A DNA stretch of 64,000 nt from Octopus vulgaris (lineage: Eukaryota): NCBI GenBank assembly GCA_951406725.2, contig OX597838.1, positions 14,384,001 to 14,448,000 of the forward strand, written 5' to 3'. Below are positions 12,963 to 26,129 of this stretch, in pieces. How positions within the stretch are numbered: position 1 is the stretch's first letter; each line of letters begins with the position of its first letter. The translations under genes were made by a program, and so were the position numbers. The notes below the pieces were generated by a model. The model searched no databases. It saw nothing but the letters and a program-made list of their open reading frames with translations, and was not told where the DNA came from.

Positions 12963-13600
12963 GAATTAATAAATAAAACATATGCATATATACATACATA
13001 TATGTACGTACCTACCTCTACATGTATATATACATGCATATATGAGTACAGGACACCAAAAAACGTCGAAACACAATGAGAAACGAAAACATAGAACACA
13101 AGACCAAGGAACTGGACATTTTTCTTAAACAACGAAAAAATAGAGTACAAGACAAATAACAAAAGGAAAATTCCCCTTCTTCAGTCGCCATGGTTTCATC
13201 TACTCTGCTTTTCGAAGGTGAAGGCGATACGCATCTTCGATTGAAACTTTCCTTCCCGCGAAAAGCAAATTAAATAAAATTTGAGATCTTTTTGCGGAGG
13301 GGTAAAAATGGTAACAAAAACAGGACAGTAACGACAGTACAAAATATAAACAGTAAAAGACAGGACAAGGAGAATAACAAGACAAGAAGGGCTGTTAAAC
13401 CGAACGAGATAAAGTGTTACGAACGCTATTTTTGAGAACGGCGAAGGAGCAACAGAAAATGCCCTTTTACACTTCAAGGAAGCCGGGTCAGAAAGACAGT
13501 AGCAGAGCTCTCGTCGCGGGTCAACGACGGGAGGGAGGAGGAGGAGCAAGAGAAAGGGAGAGAAAAAAAGGGAATGGTTGTGAGGAAACCAGAAAGAATA
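12960..13600 (-). mobile_element. Non-coding repeat carrying a jumbled-HHR motif, copy Y (longest)
   Basis: Aligns over ~500 bp with 15262-15800 in inverted orientation; sits in the (TA)n internal microsatellite of a SINE B. Confidence 0.85.
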
Positions 13601-14168
13601 TATATATACATATATACGACGGGTTTCTTTCAGTTTCCGTCTACCAAATCCTATCACAAGGCTTTGATCGGCCCGTCATGTTTAAAAAACAAAATAGAAA
13701 ATACATGAATATACACCAAAGGAATATGTCTCTATTCTACACGCATATTTTACTGCCACAATCTACAGGAAGAATGAAATTACAATAACAAATAAACCCT
13801 AATCGATGAGAGAGATCGATAGAATGAGTACAGGCATTTAAAAAAAGTACAGGAGTAAATTCATTCGACTAAAACATTTGTCGAGGTGTGCCCCAGCATG
13901 GCCGCAGTCTAATGACCGAGACAAGTAAAAGATAAAAGATAAATAATATAAAGCAAGCATAAAGTATAACGGCGAGACACACTGCGCATATATTAGATAG
14001 AGGGCTCTGAATACATGAGAAAGTACGAAACTCAAATCAGACACTACATATACAGGAGGCACGCTGAAATGAGACAGCTGAACAACCATCAACATCGTCA
14101 TCATCATCATCGTCGTCGTCGTCAACAACAACAACAGCCCTAATAATGATAATGATGATAATTATGGT

Positions 14169-14233
<65 letters not shown>

Positions 14234-14297
14234 CAAGAACAATAATAAAAATAATAATAATAGTAATAATAACAACAACAACAACAACAACAACAGC

Positions 14298-14334
<37 letters not shown>

Positions 14335-15261
14335 TGGAAAACATCGTAACGAAGATATGAAGTGAAGTGAGGAAGCGGTCACGGCTGTGATTTGGTTTCC
14401 GTCTATTGAATGTTATCCGGAAATTTACTCAAATAAACTAAACAAGTGAATTGTTAACAACTTAACCACGCACCGGAACGATTGTTTCAGCCGTCAGCCG
14501 CTGTGAATGAGTCAAAGAAAAAAAAAAAAGAAGAAAACTGCCATTACAGCCATTTTGAACTGAAACCGGAAATGGTTTTCTTTGATTCTCGAACAAATGT
14601 CTGGTTCGTATGTCTTCGTTGTCGATATAAATGTCTTAAGTTACAAATACTCAATGAATCAAAGAATTAGGCAGAATATGAAAGAATAGAACGAAGAAAA
14701 CTCTTTGGAAGAGAATACACTGTATAAAAATAAACTATATTTAGTGCGACGAACAATTCTATGAGCCTCAAGCTTCTTGCAGTTCAAGTGCAAACCTGGC
14801 AAGGTTTGTTGCTGTAGTGGCTATTATTATTATTGTTGTTGTTGTTGCTTACTTCTCAGTACGTTCGGTTTTGTTTGTTCTGGTAGATTCTGTGAGAGCG
14901 GACAGCAGCCTCCTGTCAGATGTCTCACGAGGTCTCTTTCCGCGCATTATAAGCTTTGATACTTGGTTGTTAATTATCAAGATTATCAAGAACAAAATGC
15001 AACCCAAATCATAAAAAAAAAATATTAACAAGCGCAAGACTCTATCCATTAACAACAGAACCAAAAAGGAAAAAATGTGGTCGACCTAACTGTGGTACAT
15101 GCCCCCCAACTTTTGGAGGGTTCAGAATTCCACTTTAAACAAGGGGAAATATTTAAGATCAAATCAAATTTCACCTGTACCTCGGAAAATCTTATCTATG
15201 CCATTACATGCTTAGGGTCATAATTATAGTGGCCAAACAGGAATATCACTCATATATATAT

Positions 15262-15800
15262 AGGCCTCCTTCAAGTAGAGACGGTAATATCTATTGCTCT
15301 CTGCCGTTCTCAAACAATAGCGTTCGTAAAATTTTTTTTATCTCGTTTGGCTTAACAGCCCTTCTTGTTTGTGTCACTGTTATTCTCCGTGTCCTGTCTT
15401 TTACTGTTTATATTTTGTACTGTCGTTACTGTCCTGTTTTTGTTAACATTTTTACCCCTCCGCAAAAAAATCTCAAATTTTATATATAATTTGATTTTCG
15501 CGGGAAGGAAACTTTCATTGAAGTCATGTATCGCCTTGACCTTCGAACGTGGAGTAGATGAAATTAAGGCGACTGAAGAAGGGGGATTTTCCTTGTTTTG
15601 TATGTCCTGTACACTATTTTTTCGTTGTTTAAAAAAAAATGTCCATTTCCTTGGTTTTGTGTTTATGTTTTCGTTTCTCATTGTGTTCGACGTTTTTTTG
15701 GTGTCCTGTACCCATATATGCATGTATATATACATGTAGAGGTAGGTACGTACATATATGTATGTATATATGCATATGTTTAATTCATTTATTAATTTAT
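15262..15800 (+). mobile_element. Non-coding repeat carrying a jumbled-HHR motif, copy X
   Basis: Homologous to copies Y and Z; TA-flanked on both ends. Confidence 0.85.
15525..15585 (+). ncRNA. Putative non-circularly permuted hammerhead ribozyme
   Basis: CATGT-A-TCGCCTTGA-CCTTC-GA(A)ACGTG-linker-TTAAGGCGA-CTGAAGA-AGGGGG; covariation with copies Y and Z. Confidence 0.55.
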
Positions 15801-15806
15801 ATATAT

Positions 15807-15894
<88 letters not shown>

Positions 15895-16405
15895 TATATA
15901 TATATATATATATTCTGGAGAATCTCCAAACAGCCCAACTACTGCTCTCTTCATATTCACATTTATCAATCTATTATATTTCCACCAAGTTTTTCAACAC
16001 AACAACATTTTTCATAATATATTGGTGGCCACATCTACGACGACTGATCAGGCCATTGGATGGTAAATACGTATATATACCTTGACTGTAGTTGGTAATC
16101 CAACACCGACAGTCGTCTCTATGGACAGACTGTCTGTATTGTACACTGTATCTAGTCACCGATCGGCGTTTGTCATCACTTCCTGTCTTTGTTATATTAT
16201 CGACTCATTCGTTTTACTTTCACTTCCGATAGCCATTTACTAACAATACACCGTCGAAGGTAAGCTTTAGTTGGACGCATCAGATTATTTCATTTCTCAC
16301 GGCAATTAAATGTATTGACGTAATTACTCATGGATTTGTACAGCAACTGTTTGGTGGCGAAGTAGTTTTATTTTATCTTTTTTTTTTCCATTATGTTATT
16401 TAGCT

Positions 16406-16800
16406 GACCAGAAGAGAATTAATGCATTCGAGCTTTGGTGTTGAGGAAGACTTTTACGGATTCCATGGACAGCGAGGCTCACCAATGGAGAAGTTCTTAA
16501 GCAGATCAAGCCGAAAATGTCGCTAGAAGCTAGGATCACCGAGCATAGATTGGCATATTTCGGTCATATTATGCGGAGAAAATCCCTGGAGAAGGACATC
16601 ATGCTCGGAATGGTCAGTGGCAAGAGAGGAAGAGGCCGACCAAGAACCCGCTGGCTTGACACCATCAAGAGTGATACCGGAATGGACATAGCCAATCTGA
16701 AAGAAGCGGCCCAGGATAGAACTGACTGGAGGACACTGATCCATCGAGTGACCGAGAGTCGACTTCGACTGAGCGGATAGATAGATAGATAGATAGATAG
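16406..16800 (+). mobile_element. 5'-truncated RTE (BovB-like) LINE with (TAGA)n tail and 13-bp TSD
   Basis: RINAFELWC*GRLLRIPWTAR..YFGHIMRR.SLEKDIMLG...GKRGRGRPRTRWLD; TSD atgttatttagct at 16393-16405 and 16801-16813. Confidence 0.92.
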
Positions 16801-18197
16801 ATGTTATTTAGCTCCATGTTAATCCTGATAGACCGACATAGTTATAAGCAAAGCTGTTCCTGTTGTGATTTCCTGTCATTTTGTCCTTGTATATCTAGGA
16901 ACACATTGTCCAATTTGTTCTTCGAATAAATTGGTTGGAAAGTATGATTTGAGGGAGATTTGTTTGCTATTTCTAGCAGGTCTAGAGATCACCACTTCGA
17001 AGCCCCTTCATAAGTTTCCTTTGGTCTTCGGTGAACTCATTGTTTCAAGATCATGGTATAAGTGTGAGCCCCGTGAGTAAGACTGGCTGTTCCAGCGCAT
17101 CTCCCTCGCCATCCCCCGACGCAACTCATTTCCATTTTGTCTTCTGGGACCATGAGGCAGTCTGACTGAAATTGAAAGAATATATAAAGATTTATGTACA
17201 TTTCTACTTCAGCACTGTCAATCAACTGAAGTTGGTAAACAATATATACGTCGATCCTATATTGGGCATGTTATTTAGATAAATGTTAATTAATACTATT
17301 TACGTAATCTTAATTACTATTCCTTTTCTAGAACTATTGCCGAATCCGGTTATTCTAAAGTACTTTCTTTATTCTTTTATTATATATACACCCTGTTACC
17401 CATAAAGAAAGATAACCCACCAATTAATTTTCTAGTTTAGTCATTTGCTCATCAAATGTTACACAATGCTAAATGGTATGATTCAAATATATTAAGTCTC
17501 CTTGCCTCATCTTTTCTCTTATTGTATGTATTTTTCTTCACTCCGATGAAGCTCCATGTACCAGATCAGATGTGCTATAGAATATGGCGAATATCATTCT
17601 CAGAATTTTCTTTGGCAGCGCTGACGGACATTGGAAGCAGAAACGGGTGTTGGAAATGATAAAGTTATGTATAAAAAAACAATAATCGATGGTAGTCAAT
17701 TTGTTTGTTGATCAATAATTTTCTCCATTTTCTGCTTAATTTATATACATATATATATATATATATAATAAACCTTTACATAAATAAAAAACGTGAAATA
17801 CACGAAGAGACGAACATAAGAGACAGACGGGTCATTCAAAGCCTTCGTTCTTCAGTCAGAAACCGATTCCTCATCGCAGATTTCGGCTGTTTAAATGGAT
17901 GCTATATTTGGTATGTTGAATGATTTTCTTAACCCGTATGCTCGCACGCAAACTGTTGAATTTCAGTAATTATTGTCAGTGTTTTTATTGACGATTTAAA
18001 TAAGAGTTTTGACTGTTATTTCTAGCAGGTAGACATACTCAATATGTCCTTTGATTAATATAAATTTCAAACCTTCAGCTATTTAATGCGCTTTTGCGTC
18101 GGGGTGGGGGGTGCAGTTGCTTGTATTATTGATTCTGTTATCATTTTAATGATTTTATCCTAGATGATAATAGAGGTAATATATACATGTACATATA

Positions 18198-18350
18198 TAC
18201 GACGGGCTTCTTTCAGTTTCCGTCTACCAAATCCAAATCCACTCGGCCCGAGGCTATAGTAGAAGACACTAGCCCAAGGTGCCACGCAGTGGGACTGAAC
18301 CCGGAACCATCTGGTTCGTAAGCAAGCTACTTACCACACAGCCACTCCTA
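18198..18350 (-). mobile_element. SINE family B, 5' half
   Basis: Reverse complement of aggagtggctgtgtggtaagtagcttgc..gttccgggttcagtcccactgcgtggcaccttggg. Confidence 0.88.
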
Positions 18351-18459
18351 CCGCTGTATAATTTGTTCTAAAAGCACACCCATGTTTAGGTGGGCATTAT
18401 CTATTTCTAGCTTGTCGAGCGACCACATACGTAGAGGTGGCCTCGTTTTCTTGTGGAAA

Positions 18460-19150
18460 TAATAATGATGCTTGTGATAATGGTATTAGTAATGTTAGTA
18501 GTAGTAGTAACGATGGTGGCGACGGTGGGGAGTAGAGATAATGATGGTGATGGTGATGGTGAAAGTGGTGCTGGAGGCGACGGTGGTGATGGTGGTCGCA
18601 ATGGGACGCTGATTTTAGTGGTGATGGTCGTGGTAAGTGCTTAATGGTAATTACTGGTGGTGATGATTGTTGTGGAGGGGACAGCGGTGGAGGTGGTGGT
18701 TATAGTAGATGTGGTATTGCGTTAGTGGTGGTGGTTATAGTGGTGATTACGCTGAGGGTGGTGATGGTGGGGGATGGTGGTGATGGTAGTGGTGATGGGG
18801 TGGTGATGGTGGTGATGATGATGGTTGTGGTGGTGGTGATGGTGTCGGTAGTGGTGGTGGTGGTGGTGATGGTGGTGGTAATGGTAGTGGTGATGGTGTG
18901 GTGGTGGTGGTGTGTTGATGGTAGTGATGGTGATGGTGATGGTGGTGATGGTGGTGATGGTGGTGGTGGTGGGAGTGATGGTAGTGCTGGTGGTGATGGC
19001 TATTAAGAAGATGGTGGTGCTGGCATTGGTGATTATAGCGCTGAGGGAGATAGTGATGGTTGTGGTGTTGGTGTTGGTGGTGATGGTGATGATAGTGGTG
19101 GTGGTTGTGGTGGTAGTAATTGTACGGTGTTGCTGTTGGTGGCGGTAACT
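18460..19150. repeat. Degenerate (GGT/GAT)n cryptic repeat
   Basis: Direct inspection. Confidence 0.9.
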
Positions 19151-19522
19151 GTAGTGGAGGTGTGAGCAGTGTCGGGGGAAATATTGGCGTCTGCCTGTCT
19201 GAAGAGTTTTAATAAATTATGAAGTTATGGTATGTGATGGATAATATGTCTCTTGTGGATCCCGGAAATAGCTGTGGACATAGGTGACATTTATAGCTGC
19301 AGTAGCACATACACACGCATACACACGCATACACACATGCACACACATACAAACGCATACACACACACACACACACACTCACATATATATATATATGTAC
19401 TCAAACGCAAATACATTTACAGAAACAGACAGACATCCATGGTCACCTACACACACACACACAAACAGAAATGTCTTTATATATATATACATATGTATTT
19501 ATATATATATTGGATATATATA

Positions 19523-19688
19523 GGAGTGGCTATGTTGTAAGTACCTTGCTTACCAACCACGTGGTTCCGGGTTCAGTCCCACTGCGTGGCACCTTGGGCA
19601 AGTATCTTCTACTATAGCCTCGGGCCGACCAAAGCCTTGTGAGTGGATTTGATAGACAGAAACTGAAAGAAGACCACCGTATATATGC

Positions 19689-19775
<87 letters not shown>

Positions 19776-19788
19776 TGTGTATGTCTGC

Positions 19789-19850
<62 letters not shown>

Positions 19851-20041
19851 TCTTTTATTCTTTTACTTTAGTCGAACAAATCGACTCCAGGACTTATTCT
19901 TTGTAAGCCTAGTACTTATTCTAGCGGTCTCTTTTGCCGAACCGCTATTTACGAGGACGTAAACACACCAATATCGATTGCCAAGCGATAGTAGGAGGAC
20001 AAACACAGACACACAAATACATACATGCATACATACACATA

Positions 20042-20126
<85 letters not shown>

Positions 20127-20300
20127 GTATGTATGGATGCTTGTATGTATATACATAGGACGGGGTTCTTTCAGTTTCCATCTACCAAATCCACTCGCAA
20201 GGCTTTGGTCGTTCCGAGGCTATAGTAGAAGATACTTGTCCAAGGAGACTGAACTCGGAACCATGTGATTGGGAAGCAAGCTTCTTACTACACAGCCATG
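19523..20300. mobile_element. Two SINE family B copies in opposite orientation (19523-19680 +, 19855-20300 -)
   Basis: Family B head on the plus strand; family B tail, body and head on the minus strand with internal (TA)n. Confidence 0.85.
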
Positions 20301-20917
20301 ACTGAAGCAAATAAAAGAAATCAAAAGAATACCCCCCCTCACACGCACACATACACATCGAATGCATAGAGAGTATGCAGCATCCTCCATTCGTCGGTCA
20401 AGAAAAACTGTAATAAGAATGATGATTATAAATGAAAACGAAAACGAAAGTAAAAGAAATGAAGCAAATCTCAACTTGGACGGAGTAGAGGGGAAAAGAA
20501 GAAATGTTTGAAAAAGGAAAACGAATTGAACTTGAAAGATTCACGCTTCAAAGAGAGAAGAAGAAAATAGAAGATCGCTTAGAAACAAATGGACAGCTAA
20601 GATGAAACAGAAAGGAATTACTTTATATATCGAACAGATATCTAAAAGACATCAAGTATTCTGCCGTTTTTAAAGCGAAATGATGTTACGAAAGTGATAT
20701 GGAAGACAAAAGGAAGCAAATGTGGTCGAGTATTAAAAATACTGAGTAATAACTGACTTCCGACAGATTCGGTGCAAGTTGCACCGGGTACCATGTTGCA
20801 AAAGTGCGATGAAGCATTCGGGTACTTTATAGCAGTACGGTATTGTGTTTAGTATAGCAATACCGTATATGATAAGATATCGTGAGCGATATAATATTAA
20901 TAGTAATGATGATGACG

Positions 20918-20984
<67 letters not shown>

Positions 20985-21031
20985 TAATAATGATAATAAT
21001 GATAATAATAATAATAATGATAATAATGATG

Positions 21032-21071
<40 letters not shown>

Positions 21072-21076
21072 TGATG

Positions 21077-21139
<63 letters not shown>

Positions 21140-21142
<3 letters not shown>

Positions 21143-21500
21143 GCCCTGATGCAGTACCAGGCAGTGGCTCTCGTGGCTTCTGATCTTAACTGATTGGAAG
21201 TGTTATCATGTACATTGTTTTGTCTTGGTATAAAAGATGGGCTACAGCAAATATTCTGCTCAATACCACAGATTTGCTTGTCAGTTATTTAGCCATAACC
21301 AGTTGAGCATTTCCCTTAGTGGCTGACGATATGTGCATCTCTGATCACGAGCGGAAGTAGTGGGGGAGCATCACAGCCGTGTGTTGAAAGGAATTCTTAG
21401 CGGTTTGGATAAATTACCTTTGGAAACAGGGGTGGTTCGTTCAACATCCTTAAACAATCCTTATTCAGGGACCTTTTGAGCGGGATGGGTTACTCGACCA
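21140..21500 (-). mobile_element. Retroposon (SINE or LINE 3' part) ending in an (ATT)n tail
   Basis: Non-simple block whose minus-strand end ..gccactgcctggtactgcatcagggcatt runs into (ATT)n; family not identifiable from this window alone. Confidence 0.5.
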
Positions 21501-21738
21501 AAAGCTTCTATGGCCAAGTCAGTCACCAGATATGAACCCTATTGAACACCCCTGGGACATAATGAACGAGACATTTCATAAAAAGAACAAGAAAGCATCT
21601 TCAAAGCCAGATCTTTTGAGATTACTGCTTGAAAGTTGGCAAGAAATTCCGCAAGAGAATATTCGTCAACTGATTAGTAACATGCCTAATAGGGTCCTTG
21701 CATTGAAAAATGCAAATGACATGTTTACTAAATATTAA
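21500..21738 (+). pseudogene. Tc1-like transposase C-terminal fragment
   Basis: LLWPSQSPDMNPIEHPWD..LLESWQEIPQENIRQLISNMPNRVLAL..TKY* (SPDLNPIE motif). Confidence 0.9.
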
Positions 21739-21836
21739 ATATCCACATTATAACAATCAAAAAATAATTTGAATGTATGATTTCATTTTCAAATAAATTT
21801 CACTGATTATAAAGGTATTTATAAAGGTGTCTGTCA

Positions 21837-21883
<47 letters not shown>

Positions 21884-22046
21884 ACGTATTTGTTTTGCAA
21901 GATTCTTGATGCGAAAACGTGCGTTGAAACAGATATTGCTATACTTGAGTACGGTCATCTTTTGCGAATAAAACACACGCACTATTTATTTGATCTTCAG
22001 TTTAGCTTTATCGTCGTCGTCATCACCACCACCACCATCATGATGT

Positions 22047-22083
<37 letters not shown>

Positions 22084-22119
22084 CATCATCATCATCATCA
22101 ATATTATTATCATCATCAA

Positions 22120-22171
<52 letters not shown>

Positions 22172-22392
22172 GTCGCCAAAATTTGAAACCATTATTCTGC
22201 GGTACAGAAGGGCAAAGCAGAATAGGCAAGACAAGAAGAGACACGTGGGACAGAGAGACGCTGAATGTGTGACGAAAGAACTTTGAGAACCTAAAACACT
22301 AAAAATAATGATGACGATGATGATAATGATGATGATGATGATGATGATGATGACGACAACGACGATGATGACAATAATGATAATACTAATAA

Positions 22393-22442
<50 letters not shown>

Positions 22443-22465
22443 ATAGCAGCAGTAGCAGCAGCAGC

Positions 22466-22511
<46 letters not shown>

Positions 22512-22537
22512 ACAACAACAACAACAACAACAACAAC

Positions 22538-22627
<90 letters not shown>

Positions 22628-23022
22628 AAGATCAAATAAATAGTGCGAATGTTTAATTGGCAAAAGATAACTATCCCTATGTATAACAATATATACACAC
22701 ACACACACATACATACATGCATACAACTTGGGTAACGTACATACATAGATAGAGCACACGGATGTACACACGCAGACATCCAATGTGCTTCCTTATTATT
22801 AAACACAAAAGCTTAAACGTGAAATATTTAAAGTATTTCTGTACGCCATGTTCTCTTTGTATCATATCATATTCGTTTCTCTTTAGCTACACATATGCAC
22901 ATGTGCACGCGCGCACACACGCACACACAAACACATACACACATGCACACACACGAACACACGTACTCAAGCATTCAAGCATGCAGACACAGTGTTATAT
23001 ATATATGCATATGCATGCTTCC

Positions 23023-23090
<68 letters not shown>

Positions 23091-23112
23091 TGTATGTATG
23101 TATGTGTGTGTG

Positions 23113-23150
<38 letters not shown>

Positions 23151-23518
23151 CATGTATATACATATACACATATATATATGTTTTATGTATGCATTTGTAT
23201 ATGCTTATATATATATATGTACATCATGTATGTATATATATGTTTTTATACACATGTAAATATATATACGTATTTATATATATAGTGTATATACGTATAT
23301 ATGTGTGTGTGTGTGTGTATGCATGTATGTATGTATACATGCATATTTTTCACAATGCGATAATAAATGTTTGTATTTTTTCTGTCTTTCATTTAGGAAC
23401 CCTCTTTGTTTTCCCGCCAATTGTTCCACAGTCAGATCTATCAGTCGCCATTATTTCAATTATTCAATACACTGACTTCATTAGCCCGACTTTCTCGCAC
23501 GCGCGCACACACACACAG

Positions 23519-23585
<67 letters not shown>

Positions 23586-23983
23586 CACATTGGGGCACAC
23601 GCACACCTACACACAGCTGTGCATGCACGTACGTAGAGACACACGTATGCAAAATACATAAACACACATACACACAAAACCCATTCAAATATAGAGACAT
23701 ACGTACAGATCAACTGAACACAAGCAGGTACACACAAATACTCTGGGATACACGCTCGCACACAACTACACATACACACACACGCACAAGCACCCCCACA
23801 CACACACACACAAAGGCATATATATACTCACACAAGCAGACATTATCACACAACTATGATTCTTATAGCTATTGTAATCCTTTCTCTGGCCTCAGAAATC
23901 CGTTATATTTTTTAGTTTATCCATTCATTTATTTATTATTAAGTTGTTTATCATTATTATTATCATTATCATCATCATCATCA

Positions 23984-24044
<61 letters not shown>

Positions 24045-24058
24045 TACTATTATTATTA

Positions 24059-24119
<61 letters not shown>

Positions 24120-24353
24120 CATTATTACTATTATTATTATTATTATTATTATCATTATTATTATTATTATTGTTTTCTTTTTTTCCACCGAGGTCGACTT
24201 TGCCTTTCGGGGTTGATAAAATAAGTACCAGTTGAGTACTAGGGTCAATGCAGGCCACGTACTCTCTCCCTGAAGTTGCTGGTCTTGTGCCAACATTTGA
24301 AATCATTATTATTATTATTATTATCATCATCATTATTATTATTATCATTATTA

Positions 24354-24440
<87 letters not shown>

Positions 24441-25764
24441 TTGCTGCGGAATAACACAGACATACTTTTGAAATACTACGTGTGTCTCAGTTGTAAATGT
24501 GTTTTCACCCCTTTGTTACCGTTTGTTAATAAGAAGGCCAGGAAACTCTTGGCTGGTGTTCTGTGCTTTTTTTTTATCCGTAAGGAGCACAATTTTGCGT
24601 CCATAAAAATACTCTCGGTTTGATTTTTTTTTTTAAAAAAGATATCAACATTCAAGATGTCGACATTACCAGCCAGCGTAAAAGCAAAAAGAAGACTTTC
24701 CTTCGACCAGCTCTCTTACAAATGAGAACTTTCCACCACCCATAAGGTTTATTATTATTATTATTGAAGAAAGGCTGTTCGCAAAATCGTTAGTACGTTC
24801 TTAGCGGAATTCGCCCCGCCCCCACCCCCGGTTCTTTGCGTTCTGAGTTCAAATGTCACCCGGGTAATTTTACCCTTTATCCTTTCGGAGCCGATAAAGC
24901 AAGTACTAATTGATCATTGGGATCGCTATAATCGACTTTCCATCTAAAAACAGCAAAAGCAAAAAATAAATAAATAAAATAAAATAAAATAAAAATACAA
25001 ATAAAAAAAATTTTTAAAAAAGGAAAAAAAGAAAAAGAGAGATAAAGAAAAGATATCAACCTTGTGCTTATTGTAGAAAGAGATATTATTGTTATCATCA
25101 TCGTTTCCTTTTTTTGCGAGTCGTCGCTTCTCTTCCAGGAGACGACTTCCTCTGCTGAGATTTGAACTCTGGTATCACATTACACATACGGTCCAAGTGA
25201 ATATCACGGCAGTGTTTATTATCGTAATGTTAAGTTGCTGGTATCACGTGACTCTCAATTAACTGATGATATCACATGACCTAATATCATATCACTAATT
25301 AGTGCAGAACATGTCGGGAAAATATTAATTAAATTGATAGCCTCTTATTAAAATAAATGCTATGGAAACGTCATTTGCTTTCGTTGTATTATTTTCTTTT
25401 TTAATATTAATTGCATTTAAAATTTTTTTTAAAGTTTTTAAGAATGTTTTTGAAGCTGAGCGAGAGAGCTTTGGACTGCTGTTGAGGTTTTTAACAAAGA
25501 AAATCACATATGACTTCAAAGCATTCACCTGTACCGAAAGTCAAGCCTACACCTCCCTCTCCTTCTGTCGGAAGTCGTTCTTATCCAAGCTTGTCGCTGT
25601 TGTTGTTGTTGTTTGAGAATATATTGCTTGCTGTTTCTAGGAGATCGTGTGGCCATATAGAAGCCCTTTCGTGGGTTCAAAGCGTACATGCTCCCCTGAT
25701 TTGCTGAAAATAACAGCCAAATTTCTCTCAAATCATACTTTTCTGTCTTATAATTTTTTTTTTT

Positions 25765-25985
25765 TTACTACCCACAAGGAGCTAAACACAGAGGGGACAA
25801 ACAAGGACAGACAAAGGGATTAAGTCGATTACATTGATCCCAGTGGGTAACTGGAACTTAATTTATCGACCCCGAAAGGATGAAAGGCAAAGTCGACCTC
25901 GGCGGAATTTGAACTCAGAACGTAGCGGCAGACGAAATACCGCTAAGCATTTCGCCCGGTGTGCTAACGTTTCTGCCAGCTCGCC
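25765..25985 (-). mobile_element. SINE family A, full-length
   Basis: Near-identical reverse complement of the copy at 60473. Confidence 0.92.
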
Positions 25986-26069
25986 TATGTATGTATGTAT
26001 GTATGTATGTATGTATGTATGTATGTATGTATGTATGTATGTATGTATGTACGTGTGTGTGTGTGTAGG

Positions 26070-26109
<40 letters not shown>

Positions 26110-26129
26110 ATGATGCAAAAGAACAAAAC

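Noticed and set aside
16040-16075. cgaCTGATCAggccattggatggtAAATACGTA degenerate hammerhead
   Set aside because: Both core segments are mutated and there is no stem I.
17535-17655. CCGATGA..GAAT and CTGACGG..GAAAC hammerhead-like pairs
   Set aside because: Multiple core defects and weak stems; not distinguishable from chance.
17820-17905. Minus-strand agccGAAAtctg..tgaCTGAAGA hammerhead-like pieces
   Set aside because: I could not build stem I, stem III and UH consistently; probably a truncated PLE-type end.
22895-24235. 446-aa ORF (longest in the track) and the many similar YI/HT/LSIY/poly-I ORFs
   Set aside because: Translations of stop-free microsatellites; no domain content.
25540-25597. 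Possible minus-strand exon (ATSLDKNDFRQKEREV*)
   Set aside because: The acceptor is only the end of a (CAA)n run with no polypyrimidine tract; too short to support.
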